Below the pieces are notes generated by a model. It was not told where the DNA came from. It did not search any database and saw only the letters and a list, made by a program, of their open reading frames with translations. A program made the position numbers and the translations under genes. A stretch of 60,969 nt of DNA, counting the filler, from Hausera hauseri (lineage: Eukaryota): NCBI GenBank assembly GCA_046269625.1. It is 11 parts of 11 records of this genome, joined end to end, with 100 filler letters (N's around TTAATTAATTAA, not from the genome) between each part and the next. Parts side by side here need not be neighbours in the genome. Positions count along the whole stretch, not along the records: positions 1 to 6,082 come from JBJURY010143647.1; positions 6,183 to 10,369 come from JBJURY010713215.1; positions 10,470 to 17,787 come from JBJURY010022675.1; 8 more parts are not named here. One strand, given 5' to 3'. This document shows, piece by piece, positions 1 to 13,405 of this stretch. The stretch's first letter is position 1. Each line of letters begins with the position of its first letter.

Positions 1-890
1 GTACAAACTAGAAACACAGGATGTTCTGATCGAGGATTACGTGAAAAACCGTGATAACTACTTCTATTTTAAGGGACAAGTGGGAATAACGGAATTATAT
101 CACAAAATTATAATGAATGACTGCAAATTAGACACCGAAATCATGAGAACGAAGTTGGCTATGATATATAAAAACCCAGAATTGGCTTCTCCCATAATTC
201 CCATGAGAGAAGGAATTTTCGATTGGATCACAGGCAAAGTACTACTAACTTACGAATGTGAAAAGAGAGATGTACCCATCAACGTGGAAGAAAAACGTTG
301 CATTTAAGAGCTTCCTGTTATTTATCAGAATACTCCGAGGTTAGCTACACCGTTGACGAGAGTACTATTGGATAACGCTACCCAACCAACAATCCTTAAA
401 ACTGTAAGGCAAGCTTAGGAGAACCTAGGTTTAGATGCAGTGAAACATACTGGGTTAGTTTGCCAAATGGAGGTATTACTGCCGCTCCAAACAAATTAAA
501 AAACCTCGTCCAAAGGCATATATAGGCCTAAGGAAATCGAAGACTTCAGACAATTTCTCGCTTTTCCGCGACAACGAACACATGAGTTAAACCGAGCCAT
601 GACCTCCGTAGTAGACGATACCCGATATCAAGCTAAATGGAAATCTTTACTCTGCGCAAACCATTATCAACGAGTGATAACCGAAATACTTTATAAAATG
701 TGGGGAAGATTTTTGATATTCGGACAAGCCGCATCCGGATTTTTAGCGATATATTTTCTGATCCAGATGGTTAAAGCAGTAGTCCAAGCAGTAATAAATG
801 GATATGAGATATTTAAATTAACTGGATTTTCATGTAAAATACTGACTGCGATTATAACGCCTTTTGGAAAATTTTTAAAACATATGAAGA
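1..890 (+). pseudogene. Chuvirus/gB-like envelope glycoprotein, C-terminal half with TM (copy A)
   Basis: ORFs 41-307 and 599-913 are homologous to copies B, C and D. The membrane-proximal/TM motif WGRFLIFGQAASGFLAIYFLIQMVKAVVQAVINGYEIF...GFS resembles chuvirus-type G C-termini. Confidence 0.7.
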
Positions 891-1589
891 GAACAAATGG
901 AAAACGGACGTAGAACGCCATGTTGAATATTATCATCGTAAACGGAAAATAAGGCCTACGTTATTGTACAAGCGGAAATTCATAATGCATATTGCGCAAA
1001 GAAATAATGCATATGATGACGAGCCTAAGGGAGGAGAAGTATTTTCAGGGAAGAACAGACACAAGACGTACTCTGTCGTTAAAGCACCACTGCCTATGAT
1101 ACCTCCTACCGCCTCAGTCTATGAAGACTGTGACAAACGATCTATGAGTTCATACCAGACGGAAGTCTATAAAAGGACGATCAATATTGAAGACCCATAT
1201 GAGGGTATGAAACGTTACGGGATCCTACGGAAAATGTGTTACTGATAATCCACAGTTTANNNNNNNNNNACAGTTTATCCCACGACGCTGTATTCACCGA
1301 GAGAACCTAAAAATATAGAAACTATATCGACGATTTGGGACAACCCAAGATTAAAAACCTTCCAGAATACTGAATTACACACTAACAATCAAGAACCATT
1401 AATTAGTACCCATGAAGTGAAAGAATTTTACATAGAAAATAACAAATATATATTCAAACGAAGAATTAAGGCAGCTGTCGGAGAATATAGTATCCTCCCC
1501 CGAAATCCGAATCAAAGGATATAAAATATCGGCAGCGAAACGCTCAAAATATACACCGAACTGTTTCGGAACAGTAATAGAAGGAAGAT

Positions 1590-4500
1590 CCTTCGCCAAA
1601 ATCAATATCGAAGACTGGAAAATCTACGCCTTAATTGATACAGAATCGGAGATGTCCTACATAAAAATGATTCAATGCCTCAAACGTTGAGAGGACAATT
1701 ATACCCACAGTCTACGAATGATCCAGTAAGTACAGGAGCTTTTGGTCAAATGTCGAAATTAATGTTTAAATGGAACCCAGAAGTCCAAATAGTTGGGCAA
1801 ATCGTTCGACATGAATTTGCAATCATGGAACAGTTAACCGTCGACGTCGTCCTAGGATGTGATCTACTAAAAAGATTACCAAATATAGCAATTGACTTAC
1901 AAACGGGAAGGTTCATAGACATCAGACCAAACAAAGGTGTAAGGAACCCTAAAGGTAGAAAGTTTGGAGAAGTATGGATACCAGTAGACAAAAATATTCC
2001 ACCAAGAACGGAGATAATAATTTACGCACAAATTCAGCAAGACAACGATCAGCCAATATATTTTGAACCAAAGGAAACACTGAATCCGAATCTAACGCTC
2101 AGTAACGTATTCACCAGAGTACACTCCGGTCGCATACCAATCAGAATAGCGAATAATGCACCGACTCCCGTCAAGCTTCATGCTTATACAACACTAGGAG
2201 ACACGTATAGAGTGTTGTCGATAACTATTGAAGAAAAGTCTTATAAGTATGCCAAATTCCCACCTCATGTCAAAACTAAGTTCTCGCCTAAATCTTACAG
2301 TCGATTATATGAATTATTATACCGCTACGAATCGATTATCGCTAAGGACGAAGAAGATATTGGTAGGGCAAAGGCGTTAAAACTGACTATTCCGCTTAAG
2401 AAAAAGCCTGGTTCAAACGAAGAAATAGATCTTGAGCATCAGAAGATGCCAAATGGTATCCTCCACCTCACTCACTGAGACCGGAGATTACGAAAGAAGT
2501 CGAACGAATGCTTGGGGCTGATATAATTAGGCCTAGTTATATATCTTGATATTCACCAATCCTCACGGTTAAGAAGAAAGGTACCACAAAACACCGATTT
2601 TGTATTGATTACAGAGCTTTAAATAATCTTATGATGAAAGATTCCTTTCCACTATCGACGGTCAAAGAGGCTTTAGACAGACTCTCAGGAGCAAAATGGT
2701 TTACCACTCTGAACTTACAATCCGGATATTGGCACGTGGAGATCGAGGACGAAGACCGTTATAAGACACCATTCAAAACACACGATAGTGTTTATGAATT
2801 TAACGTCATGCCATTCGGTATTACTATCGGGCCAGCCATATTTACGAGAATGATGAACAAAATGTTAATGGGACTGGATCATGCTTTTGCGTATTTAGAC
2901 GCCGTGATGATAGCATCAAGGACCGAAGAGGAACATTTAAAGGATATTGGACACACGCTGATGCGTTTGGAACAAGCCGGGCTAAAATTGAACCCAAAGA
3001 AATGTAAATGGGCTCAAACCGCCGTATCCTACCTTAGTCATATAGTTGGAGAAGGAGGATCGAAACCTAATAAATCGTTATTAAACAAAATATCAGATTG
3101 TATGGAATCTCAAAAGCAGAAGGATTTAAGGCACTGGCTAGGACTCTGCGGTTATTACGCCACCTATGTGCCAGACAATGCAAAAATTAATGCACCTTTA
3201 TATCGTTTACTTAAAAAAGGAATTGAATGGAAATGGACAAACGTCGAACAAAAAGCTTTTGACAAGATGAAGAAGAAGTTAACAAGTGAACCTGTTTTAT
3301 GATACCCGGATTTTAACTTACCCTTTATAATCAAGACAAACGCCACTAAAGAAGGCATTGGATATGAATTAGCGCAGAAAAGAGATGAGGAATGAGAACA
3401 CCCGGTTGCTTATGGGGGCCGTTCGTTGAAGAAAGCCGAGAAAAATTATTCTGTTACCAAATTAGAAACTCTAGCTGTAAAAGAAGCACTTAGACATTTT
3501 AACGTTTATGTATACAGGCAGCGAATTATAATTGTCACCGATCACAAGGCCGTCACGACCTTAAAAGGCCGAGTAAATAACCCGACATGCACACTTAACA
3601 GATGGATTGAGGAAATATCAAGATATAATATCGAATTCCAGTATAAGCCAGGAAATAAACATGTAGATGCCGATGCACTATCAATATTAAATACCCAAAG
3701 AAGCTCAATCACTATAATGAAGAAAAGTCAACTTGAAGAAATAATAGATTGCCAGCGCTCCTTAACGATGGATAAAGCCATTAAAATCTCAACAAAACAA
3801 AGAAAAGATAAAGTCATCCAGCAGATTATAGAATTTTCCAAAAAAATATCATGCTAAGGGGACGAAATTTAATGAAACATTTACATAGACATGGACATAA
3901 ATACTGCGTCTTAAATGACAAGAGCAATGAGGATATTTTATATTACGAACGAAAAGAGAGAAAATTGATAGTTATTCCAAAAGGGCTACGAACCGAAGTG
4001 CTAACGTCGAAACATGGCTCATATTTATCCGGACACATGTCCTGGAAGAAAACATTAGAAAGAATACTAAACAAATATTTTTGGCCCAGTATCTATATTT
4101 ATGTGAAAAACTGGGTAAATGCCTGCGAAGTATGTGCAACTAAACAAAAGAAGATGAAAAACTACATGGCCGAATTAAAACCAATAAATGTGCCCGATAG
4201 GCCTATGCAAGCCATGTCTGTGGATATTGTAGGACCTCTTCCTACGACTCACAAGAACAATAAGTATATCTTGACTTGTATTGACCGATTAACTCATTTT
4301 GTCGTGTTGATAGCAATAATTGATCAAAAGGCATAAATCTTAGCAGAAGCTGTAGTAAGAAGAATTATTTGCCGATACGGACCCCCAGAACAGATACTCA
4401 CAGATCGAGGAAGAAATTTCACAAATGAATTATTCAAGAAAATTAGCAATATATTCGAAATCGAACGATTGACCACTACCGCATATCACCCTCAGTGTAA

Positions 4501-5060
4501 CGGAATGGTCGAGCGAATGAACGCTACAGTTATACCTATATTATCCACAGTAGTAGCCGAGGATCAAAAGGATTTGGATGAATTTCTAGAAGGAACACAA
4601 TTTGCAATTAATACCACACCGCATCCAGTAACAGAATTCACACTATTCTTCATGATGTATGGACGTGAAGCTGTGCTGCCAACAAACTTAGGAATGACGC
4701 CATACACAGTCAATCCCGAAGATTTAGAACAAAGTTGCAGATGCAACTACAAAAGTGTTGGGAAATCGTCAAGGAGTTATCTCAAGAATATCAAGAGCAA
4801 TTTAAAAAGCAGTATGATAAGAAGCAAAACCGCATGACTTAGAACAAGGAAATTGGGTTTATGTACACTATTTCGTAGCCAAAAAAGGCACCTTATTGAA
4901 ATTAACTCGTACAGGCAGAGGACCGTACAAAGTAACCAAGGTTACGTCAATCACATTATATATCAATAAAAATGGAAAGGAAGAAGTCCTATCAGTAAAG
5001 AAAGTTGTTAAGACAGAGATACGACCCAATAAACGTTACAACTTACGCCAACACGAGATA
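1590..5060 (+). pseudogene. pol: pol (protease, RT, RNase H, integrase) of copy A, with many stops and frameshifts
   Basis: ORFs 1675-2478, 2631-3302, 3426-3857, 3851-4336, 4469-4837 and 4896-5201 carry canonical Gypsy Pol motifs and end in RYNLR. Confidence 0.92.
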
Positions 5061-5084
5061 AAAGCTTCCTCCATAATTGCCAGA

Positions 5085-5960
5085 CCGATCTCGTATGTTC
5101 AGATAGTTTTAGCACTATCGTTAATTGCTTTTTACATTCCGAAAACACAAACTCAGTGGTTGCATGATGAGTCTACGCTAGGAGATATATACGGGATTTG
5201 AAAGAGTGGATCAAAATCAAAACCGATTAAAACGGAAAAGAAACCAACAGTCGAAGATATTCAACGAAAAGAAGATACTAAATTATTGCAATCAATGACG
5301 ATTCATTATTACTCACCAAACGCCGTATGTGTCGGATTTAAGACTTAGAAACCACACCACGACTTCGGAAGATTTCAAATTGTTTTGGAGGATATAACCA
5401 CGAAAGAAGCAAAGAATTGTGATTTTGAACCTGGCGATCATACACAGTGTTGTGACATAGATTTTGGACACACTTATAACTTTACTTATCGCTTGTACTT
5501 ACCAAACTCATTTAAAGTATACATTGAAACAAAACCGCGAATTCAATTAGTAATTCCTGCATGGAACAGACATCATGGAGTAAAACCGACCAACATTCTA
5601 CGATCCACTGTCCCAGATATAAGACTATTAGACGAAAATATCTAGAGAATCTACGTAAATAAGCAAAAACAATGTATCCAAGCAGACGCTCGGACAGAGC
5701 TAACTGTCAGCCGAGAAATCAGTATCACATTCGAAGCAGCAAGCGGACCAACCGCGAAAATAGGATATTGCTCTATTTGCGCAGGCGTACAACACCAATG
5801 TTGCAAACTGCCCGTGAACCAGGAGTTTAAAATAAAATTTGACTTGTACGAAGTACGACTTAACAAACCAAATGTACTGTTAGTAGATCGCGTTTTTACC
5901 ATTCCGACCTCAACGTCATTCAATAATTGTAAGATTGAATTCTGCATAAAAAATTTATTA
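5085..5960 (+). pseudogene. Post-integrase putative secreted/membrane domain with a duplicated C..G...QCC motif
   Basis: Hydrophobic ISYVQIVLALSLIAFYIP in frame with the IN end, followed by CDFEPGDHTQCC and CSICAGVQHQCC. Confidence 0.5.
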
Positions 5961-6082
5961 TAAAAGTTTTGTATATCAATTATCTCCTTCACTCATTAAA
6001 TGATTCTTCTTTTCATCCTTTTTTGAATTTCCTGACTTTATATTGGCTGCTCATTGATTTAACTTTGAATTGAATTTAAACG

Positions 6083-6182
6083 NNNNNNNNNNNNNNNNNN
6101 NNNNNNNNNNNNNNNNNNNNNNNNNNTTAATTAATTAANNNNNNNNNNNNNNNNNNNNNNNNNNNNNNNNNNNNNNNNNNNN
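6083..6182. other. Artificial contig spacer (44 N + TTAATTAATTAA + 44 N). Also at 10370-10469, 17788-17887, 24569-24668, 29067-29166, 37577-37676, 41707-41806, 45970-46069, 50212-50311 and 54590-54689
   Basis: Identical 100-nt unit occurs ten times and carries stops in all six frames. Confidence 0.98.
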
Positions 6183-7107
6183 AACAAGCTCAGGACGACG
6201 ACCACCATCCCTGAATGTGAATAATCGCTGAAGCATGCCTCTTTTTGCTTACCAGCATCCTCTATGGTCAGTACTATATATTGCAAACAAAATAGCAGAG
6301 AAAGGAGGCCCTTCTGTCTCCAGCGCCATGTGAAAGCCAGTGGCTATCAAAAGTTGGCGCCAAAACGTGTTACTAATCTCACGTCACTGCACAAGGAAAA
6401 GCGAGTCCAATTCTGCCACGAGTATATGGAGAAAAGCATTGAAAACATTTTTATCACCGATGAATCTGCATTCTACATCCATCGTTATAAAGCAAAGAAG
6501 TAGTCCAAGAGTGGTCGGCCCCGAAAACCAGCCCCAACATTTGAATCTGGAGTCCTGGTATGGGGAGGAATCAGCTTGCAACGTGCAACACCTCTTCATA
6601 TCATTCAAGGAACTCTCAACAGTGAGAAATATTGTCAGTTGCTTCAGGAAACTCTTACCGGTAGCTAATGAACATTATCCGGAAATTAGCAAGATGGTGC
6701 TAGCTGTCACGCCTCAAATTTTACCAGACGATGGCTAAAGAAGCAAGGTATTCCCATACTGCAATGGTCACCTCTAGCCCCGACCTTTCACCGATTGAAA
6801 ATATCTGGCAAATCATGAAGGATCGTTTGGAGAAGAGAGGGCCATTCTCTCATGCCATTTGGAAGGATGAAATTGTAAAGAAATGGTCGTCAATCAGTGA
6901 CAACTTACGTAGTAATTTAATGAAATCTTTAAAAACACGTTTTGAGTTGTGTATTGAGGCTGATGGAGATGTTATTAAATATTAATGAATTACTCTTTTA
7001 TAGTCTGACTTGTTCTCTTGCCTTTGCATTTTCTCGGATTAAAAAGTTTTAAAAATCATCAGATATAAAATGAAAAATATGTTGAACAGTCATTTTGTCG
7101 AGAGCTG
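6183..7107 (+). mobile_element. Tc1-like DNA transposon, 5'-truncated by the contig end, with a frameshifted transposase
   Basis: IFITDESAF, VWGGIS, QQDGASCH and SPDLSPIENIW motifs at 6264-6985. Putative right end ...GAGAGCTG followed by TA. Confidence 0.85.
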
Positions 7108-8610
7108 TAAAACTATCAAAAACCATGGCGTAATAACCGTGTAGCGGCCATTGACTCTGTAGAGCAACTACTTGATACAATTATTGCACTATTCCATTCT
7201 GATCTTCATCCTCTCTCCAATTCGTCTCATTATTGATACTATAATATTTTAGGCTGGATATTGTCTCAACATTTGTCTGTGTGTTTGTTTTAGCCAATAT
7301 TGAGTTTAGACGGTCTATGTGGATATACAAACTCATGCATCAAATTGGAGAACACAGAAGTATTGAACTATGAAATAAAGTTTATTGTTATCTTTTTCAT
7401 ATTGTGTACTTCGTTCATTCTATTGAAATTATGGCGGATATATCACAAACTGTCCGAGATTTTGTAATTCACAAAGTCTCGGCAGTCTTCATCCGAATAA
7501 AATATCACGAAATTTTAACACTTCAGGTGGAAGTTCCAGCGTAACCTTACCACAGGCGTAACAAAAACATAACGAACTAATCGTTATAAATTCCGACGAA
7601 CATTAACAACTCACAACTCCTATAATGCACTTTTGCCTTAAAGCCACGTCTTTCTTCGCGTCAGCTTCAACGGGAAATTAACCGCTTTGTATTTAAGATT
7701 ACTTCCAAAACATTTAGAAACTATTTTTGTGTAATAGCCGCATAACTTCTAGTTTATTACTTGAACCTACTCAAGTGAGTCCGAATTTAAATAAGGAACA
7801 TCTTTCGTGAACCAAGGAAAACCGGTGCTGCGTAGTCATCATTAATGAAATATTAATTTGGGTAGCTCCCGGGTATCATATCCTTTGAAGAAGTCGTGAA
7901 AAGTTTATAACATAAGAATACATTGAGCGACGACAGTCTTTCCAGATCAACGTCATGCTCTGGCAATTCATTGCAAAAGATGCACTTGGAAACTTGTGGT
8001 GATGCTATGACGTTATAAAAACGTTTCAACAAATTTCGTGGTTCCATCCACAGTTGTTCCGAAATTCCGATGCACCACAGCACAAGTCACATGATTTATA
8101 TTGTTTTCTTAATGTTCTGTCTATCAATAATGTGTTCGTCTAATAAACAATTGCATATTCTCTCATGCATAAATGTGGGCTATGCACATATGCTACCAGA
8201 CTATTGGCCAAATATTCAATGGCTAGATTTTATTTGGGTATAATATCAAGAATAAACGATAAATTGCATATAGAAGTTCGAGAAAAGGAACAAAAATTTT
8301 ATCAAAGTTCAAAATTCTTAAAAATAGTGGAGATTTGAACAGGTGCTAAATGCTGTTACGTTTAAAAGTTTCAGTTGCATTATTTTGACTTTCTTAACAA
8401 AACAATTTTTCATATTATTAATGAGAATTATCTTGTGCATGTTTCTCTGACTATTGGTTACCAAAATCCAGAATTCCCGGTAACGGTAAATGTAAAAGGT
8501 AACAATGTACGATAAAAAATTTCACAAATTATTGGTAATCTACTCAATGAAAGCTGATAAGAGACTAAAGTATGTATTGAAGCGTCAATATCAAATTTCA
8601 TCTTTAACTA

Positions 8611-9894
8611 CATAGTAGTACCATAAATATTGTTACAAGTTTGAACGCATTCATGATGAATTAAATATTGAGCGTATCCATGTTTTGTCATTCGATATAT
8701 GTCAAATATTTAGTCTAGCGTTACTGTCTACAATAGTTTTGTTTAAATTAAATATTTAAAAAAGGAATGGGGAGACAAAGAAAACTGTATTGCCGTAATC
8801 ACGCTCTTTAAATGCAAAGTAGAAAAATCAGTAATCTTTAAGATGCTAAAGCCACTTGGAACTAGTCGAATGTTTGTGAACCGATTGTGAAATTGTTTGA
8901 GGCTAGTGTTGATGTGATTGACCGTCAAAGATCAGAAATACCACGTTCTGTAAGAACACCACAAGCCATTAGAGCTGTGAAGGCCCGAATCGATAGAAAT
9001 CCTCTACGAAAACAGAAAATCATGCGCCGTGAGATGAGTTTATAGCGTAATTCCATGTCTCGCATAATAAAACAAGATTTGGGGTTGGGTGCTTATAAAA
9101 GACACACCGGACAATTTCTTACGGAGGATTTGAAGCAATGGACAGATGGAATCAAATCAGCTCTTGAGCCGGTACGTGCATGGTAAGCATAGAAAAATTC
9201 TCTTCACCAATGAAAAAATTTTCATTGTTGAAGAATCATACAACAAAAACAATGATAGAGTATATGCTAAGTCTTTAAAAGAAGCTGGAGAGCTTGTTCC
9301 GAGAGTTCAGCGTTGCTTCAGCGATGGTTTGGTGGGGAGTGAGCTATGATGGGACCACTGCCATCCAAGAGTTGTCAAAACATCATCTCCTGTGTACCAA
9401 AGACATTTTGGAAGGTGTTGTGAAGCCACTCAACATGACCATGTTTAAAAATCAGCCATGGACCTTTCAGCAGGATTCTGCACCTGCTCATAAAGCTAAG
9501 ACCACACAAAGATGGTTGGAAAACAATGTACCGGACTTCATTTCACCGGAAGAATGGCCAGCTGGAAGACCGGATCTTAACCCTTTGGACTACAAGTTAA
9601 GGTCCGTTTTAGAGGGCATGACCTGCTCTAAAAGACACCCGAACATTGATTCTTCAAAGCGGTAAATTACTGGAACAATAGAGAATTTTCCAATATATAA
9701 GGTGAGTGATGTCATTGATGACTGGCCAAATCGTCTTAAAGCTTATGTAAAGGCTAAAGGTGTCCATTTTGGATGAAATATTGTAATTTTGTTTATTAGC
9801 TCATAGATAATAAACATAAAAGTTTAATGAAAAATTTCTTCGTATTCAATGTTTCATCATTTATATATGTAACAGTATTTATGGGACTACCATG
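8611..9894 (+). mobile_element. Full-length DD37D (maT/Bmmar1-type) Tc1/mariner element with a decayed transposase
   Basis: 27-bp imperfect TIRs (8611-8637 CATAGTAGTACCATAAATATTGTTACA and 9868-9894) flanked by TA. Motifs ILFTNEKIF, MVWWGVS and QQDSAPAH...PDLNPLDY, with 37 residues between the 2nd and 3rd D. Confidence 0.9.
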
Positions 9895-10709
9895 TATACT
9901 GTAAGATTCGGTTTAGAACCCAAGCCAACTGCAGCGCAAATACCTATAAATTCGAAAACTCTTCGATCTAATTATACATTATCATGCAACCTTTTAATGT
10001 AAGATAGCGACTATAACTGGCAGGATATTCTTCCGAAAACTGATTTTTATCGAATCTTTGAATTAGTAAATTTTTCCGTTTATAATATGATTACTAATTT
10101 ATCATACAAATACTATGTGATCCATTTTAAGAGGCTCTTCGAAAAATTTCTATTCGAGTTGCCATTTTGCTGACTTCGCTTCTTACATTCACGATTTCAT
10201 GATCGATTTAAGTGTCTTAGGGTCTATGATGCTACTATCGAGCGTTGTTATTTCTTGTGGTTTCTACTGATGGATGCAGAATCCTATTTTATGAAACAAT
10301 GATATGAAGGTTGCATGCGTCATATCGTTTATATTTACTAAAATACCATCTTTACATTAAATTGAAAATNNNNNNNNNNNNNNNNNNNNNNNNNNNNNNN
10401 NNNNNNNNNNNNNTTAATTAATTAANNNNNNNNNNNNNNNNNNNNNNNNNNNNNNNNNNNNNNNNNNNNCATTTGCACGAAACGGAGACTGGTCCACCGG
10501 ATCAGAGATTCAGTGTGGGAATGCTGGTAGACTCAGCACAAACGGAAAAGATTTAGTTAAGTTAATTAATGTAAACTTTACCGAAAATCATTTAAGACAA
10601 TTAGTTCCCACCTTAACCAAACTATCCAGCGAAAGTACGATTTACGATACTGTGCCAAAACTTTTAATAAATAGTACGCTGAAATCTTAAAGACAAGGCC
10701 AGAAGAGAC

Positions 10710-10930
10710 AACTAAAACAAGAATAACGTCCGACGGGATGAACGAGAAGGAACATGAGTTTACTGCGCGTTCTCTTGTGAGAGATGTAGTACTATGGTTA
10801 AGGAATAATGGTTATACGAATAAACCGAACTGTAGATTCTATTTTAGAGGAAGAATATTAAATGAGTTGGAACAATTAATAGACGTTAGAATCATTCCAA
10901 GTGAAACCAACCGGATAGTAGTCACGGTCG
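10710..10930 (+). other. Ubiquitin-like domain within the retroelement polyprotein (also ~27325-27540 minus, ~35095-35310 minus, ~53665-53885 plus)
   Basis: Pattern ...SLVRDVVLWL...RFYFRGRILNELEQLIDVRIIP...NRIVV parallels ubiquitin [21 protein letters not shown]...LHLVL. No C-terminal GG. Confidence 0.6.
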
Positions 10931-11632
10931 CTACGGACAAAACCAAAGAGAAGGCTACCAGAGAAGCTAAAATGGATCAGTGTGTAGGACGAATCGTAGA
11001 AGATCGAGCTGCAGCGATGTACTTCGTGTATTTGCAGACGGACGAAGACAACGAACTATATGATAAGAATTTAGTACCAATCAGTGAGGCCGAGTTTGTC
11101 GTAACGAAACCGAAGCGCTCCGTCGGTAGACCGCGAAAGATCCAAGAAGAATTTGATCATAACGGAGACTTAATTAGAGAATTGAGGCAAATGTCCATAC
11201 CAACATTCGGTGCAGACAACGAAGAGCTGAATGAACTCATGAAAAATTTGATACGCATAGTAAACCACTGATATATTAGACAAAAAAGAGAAATCTATAT
11301 TCAATGCAACCAGGACCATGAAAAATTTTAGTTGTAAATACTCGAAAAGCACCTTAAGCGATGAAATGTTGATCGAGAAAATTATGGTAGAGAACACAAT
11401 AGAGGAATTGCGAAAAGTATTGCTTTATTTGGCCATTAAAACAAATCGGACCCAAGGAAGCGAAATTGACAAAGCCACTGGTCTAGCGCAGAAGGCTGCC
11501 AGGAAACTACCTCAAGACATAGATTAGTCTAAACTTTTTCAAAAAGAAGAGGAACATCGAAATAGGGTTTTCCCTAACCGACTCGATGACATGATACGAA
11601 ACTTAACCGGAAATAATAGAAGAAATGACTCA

Positions 11633-13405
11633 AACTGGTTAATCAACTTCCTAACCGTAATGAGCAGTTGCAATATATGACTGCGACAAATTCAAGCTTG
11701 GCCAAAAATATTCATTAATGGATTTAGAAATGTGCAAAGACGCGAGATCACATAAACTGGAGACGAAAGAGAAGAATTATGTGCTGTATCAACAACGCGA
11801 ATTAATCGCATTTGACGGAATAGAATGTATGTTGCGACGAACTCGCAGTATTTTCCATTGTGGACTAATGCATGGACATTCGTCCATAATTAAACCGACG
11901 ACACCGCGAATTCCAATGAACTTGGAACGCCAGCATTGTAAACAGGCTAGAGAGACTGGAAGATTAAAACGGGACAACATGAAACTAGAAATGCAACAAG
12001 GAAAAATACTCAAAGTATATAAAGTTGTAGCGGGGTGATTAGACATGCATACCGGACACTGTAACGGTGCAGAATACGATACTGGAAAATGGTTAAAGTC
12101 AAACTTGGTCGTTGTGGATTTCTACGAAACCGAAATGCGCCAACAAAAAGTGACGTTCCATAGTGTTACTAAACTCTACACGGAAAACCAGAAGTGTCAC
12201 ATACAGAACGGCACTTGTGCCTTCAGAAGTTCCGTAGTGAATTGGAAACCCACAGCCAAAACTGACTGCAATTTTATTAAAATTAAAAAACTTAAGTTTA
12301 ATGAAACGCCAGGAAAACGTTATATAGATAGCATGGGTAGTAACTTAAAAACGCGAGAGGATGTAGCCGAACATATTAATCTCTGATGCTCGTGGATTAA
12401 AGTATATGAAGAAAAATGTACTCACAAAATGTGATGTGATAATGTATGCCACTAACTATGAAGCGTCTTTTGTAGCTGAAACTGAGATAGATGCCAAGAC
12501 GTTCCAGCTGGCGACTCACGATATTCGAATTGAGGATTATTTGAAGAATAGGGACGACTACTTCTACTATAAAAGACAGGCCGGAAGATCTAAGTTATAT
12601 CACAAGATGATAACGAGTGACTGCAAATTAGACTTAGAAGTCATGAGAACCAAATTGGCCTGGCATCACCAATAATTCCGATGAAAGAAGGAGTTTTCGG
12701 CCGGGTGACCGAAGAAGTTCTACTGACCTATAAATGTGAGAAAAGGGATGTACCCATTAATGGGGAAGAGAAGAGGTGTATACAAGAGCATCCAGTGATA
12801 TATCAAGACGTACCAAGATTAGTAACACCAATTACTAGAGTATTGTTGGCAAATTCTACTCAAGTGACAATTTTGAGAGACTGGAAGACCAGTCTAGACG
12901 AACCAATGTCCCAACGGAGCGAAACCGATTGGGTAAGTTTACAGAACGGTGGCATAATCGCGCCGCCCGTCAAACTGACGGGAACAAACTTGATAAAGGG
13001 AATAACCGACAATAAGTTTCAAGATACCGCGCAAAAGGTATTTATCGACCGAAAGAAGTAGAGGCATTTAGACAAATTCTCGCTTTCCCTCGCCAGCGCA
13101 CACATGAATTAAACCGAGCGATGCATACAATACTGGAAGAGTCGCATTACCAAGCAAAGTGGAAATCATTACTTGGCGACAACTACTATGAAAGAGTAAC
13201 GACAGAAATATTGTGTAAAATTTGGGGACGATTTCTGATATTCGGACAAACCGAATCAGGATTTCTAGCAATCTATTTGTTAACTCAGCTGGTTAAAGCT
13301 ATAATTCAAGCGATTATAAACGGCTACGAGATATTCACCTTGTTCGGATTCTCATGAAAAATTTTAACAGCTATCATCACACCTTTCGGCAAATTTTTAA
13401 AAGCT
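11633..13405 (+). pseudogene. Chuvirus/gB-like glycoprotein, copy B
   Basis: YDC...YSLMDLEMC...IECMLRRTRSIFHCGLMHGHSS...CKQARETG...C.G..Y...CHIQNGTC ectodomain and TM at ~13215-13400. Confidence 0.7.

Larger units (their letters stand above)
1..6082 (+). mobile_element. Gypsy-like retroelement copy A, decayed: glycoprotein C-half, TM, PR-RT-RH-IN, post-IN Cys-rich domain
   Basis: Fragmented ORFs: TM segment FGQAASGFLAIYFLIQ, PR IYALIDTES (~1622-1650), RT HRFCIDYRALN/MPFGI/YLDA, RNaseH AEKNYSVTKLE...TDHKA, IN HH-CC zinc finger and SVDIVGP...TDRG...GMVER. The PR-RT-RH-IN order is Ty3/Gypsy-like. Confidence 0.92.

Noticed and set aside
1246-1277. CACAGTTTA repeated around a 10-N gap
   Set aside because: Scaffolding overlap artefact
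1970-2210. dUTPase between PR and RT in the Gypsy family
   Set aside because: Beta-rich spacer common in Gypsy Pol; no dUTPase catalytic motifs visible
6083-6182. Recurrent TTAATTAATTAA palindrome as a biological repeat or CRISPR-like unit
   Set aside because: Always centred in 88 Ns; it is an artificial stop-codon linker
7150-8200. Possible host gene fragments here and at 43076-43920 and 54690-55230
   Set aside because: Short, stop-ridden frames with no motif I can assign
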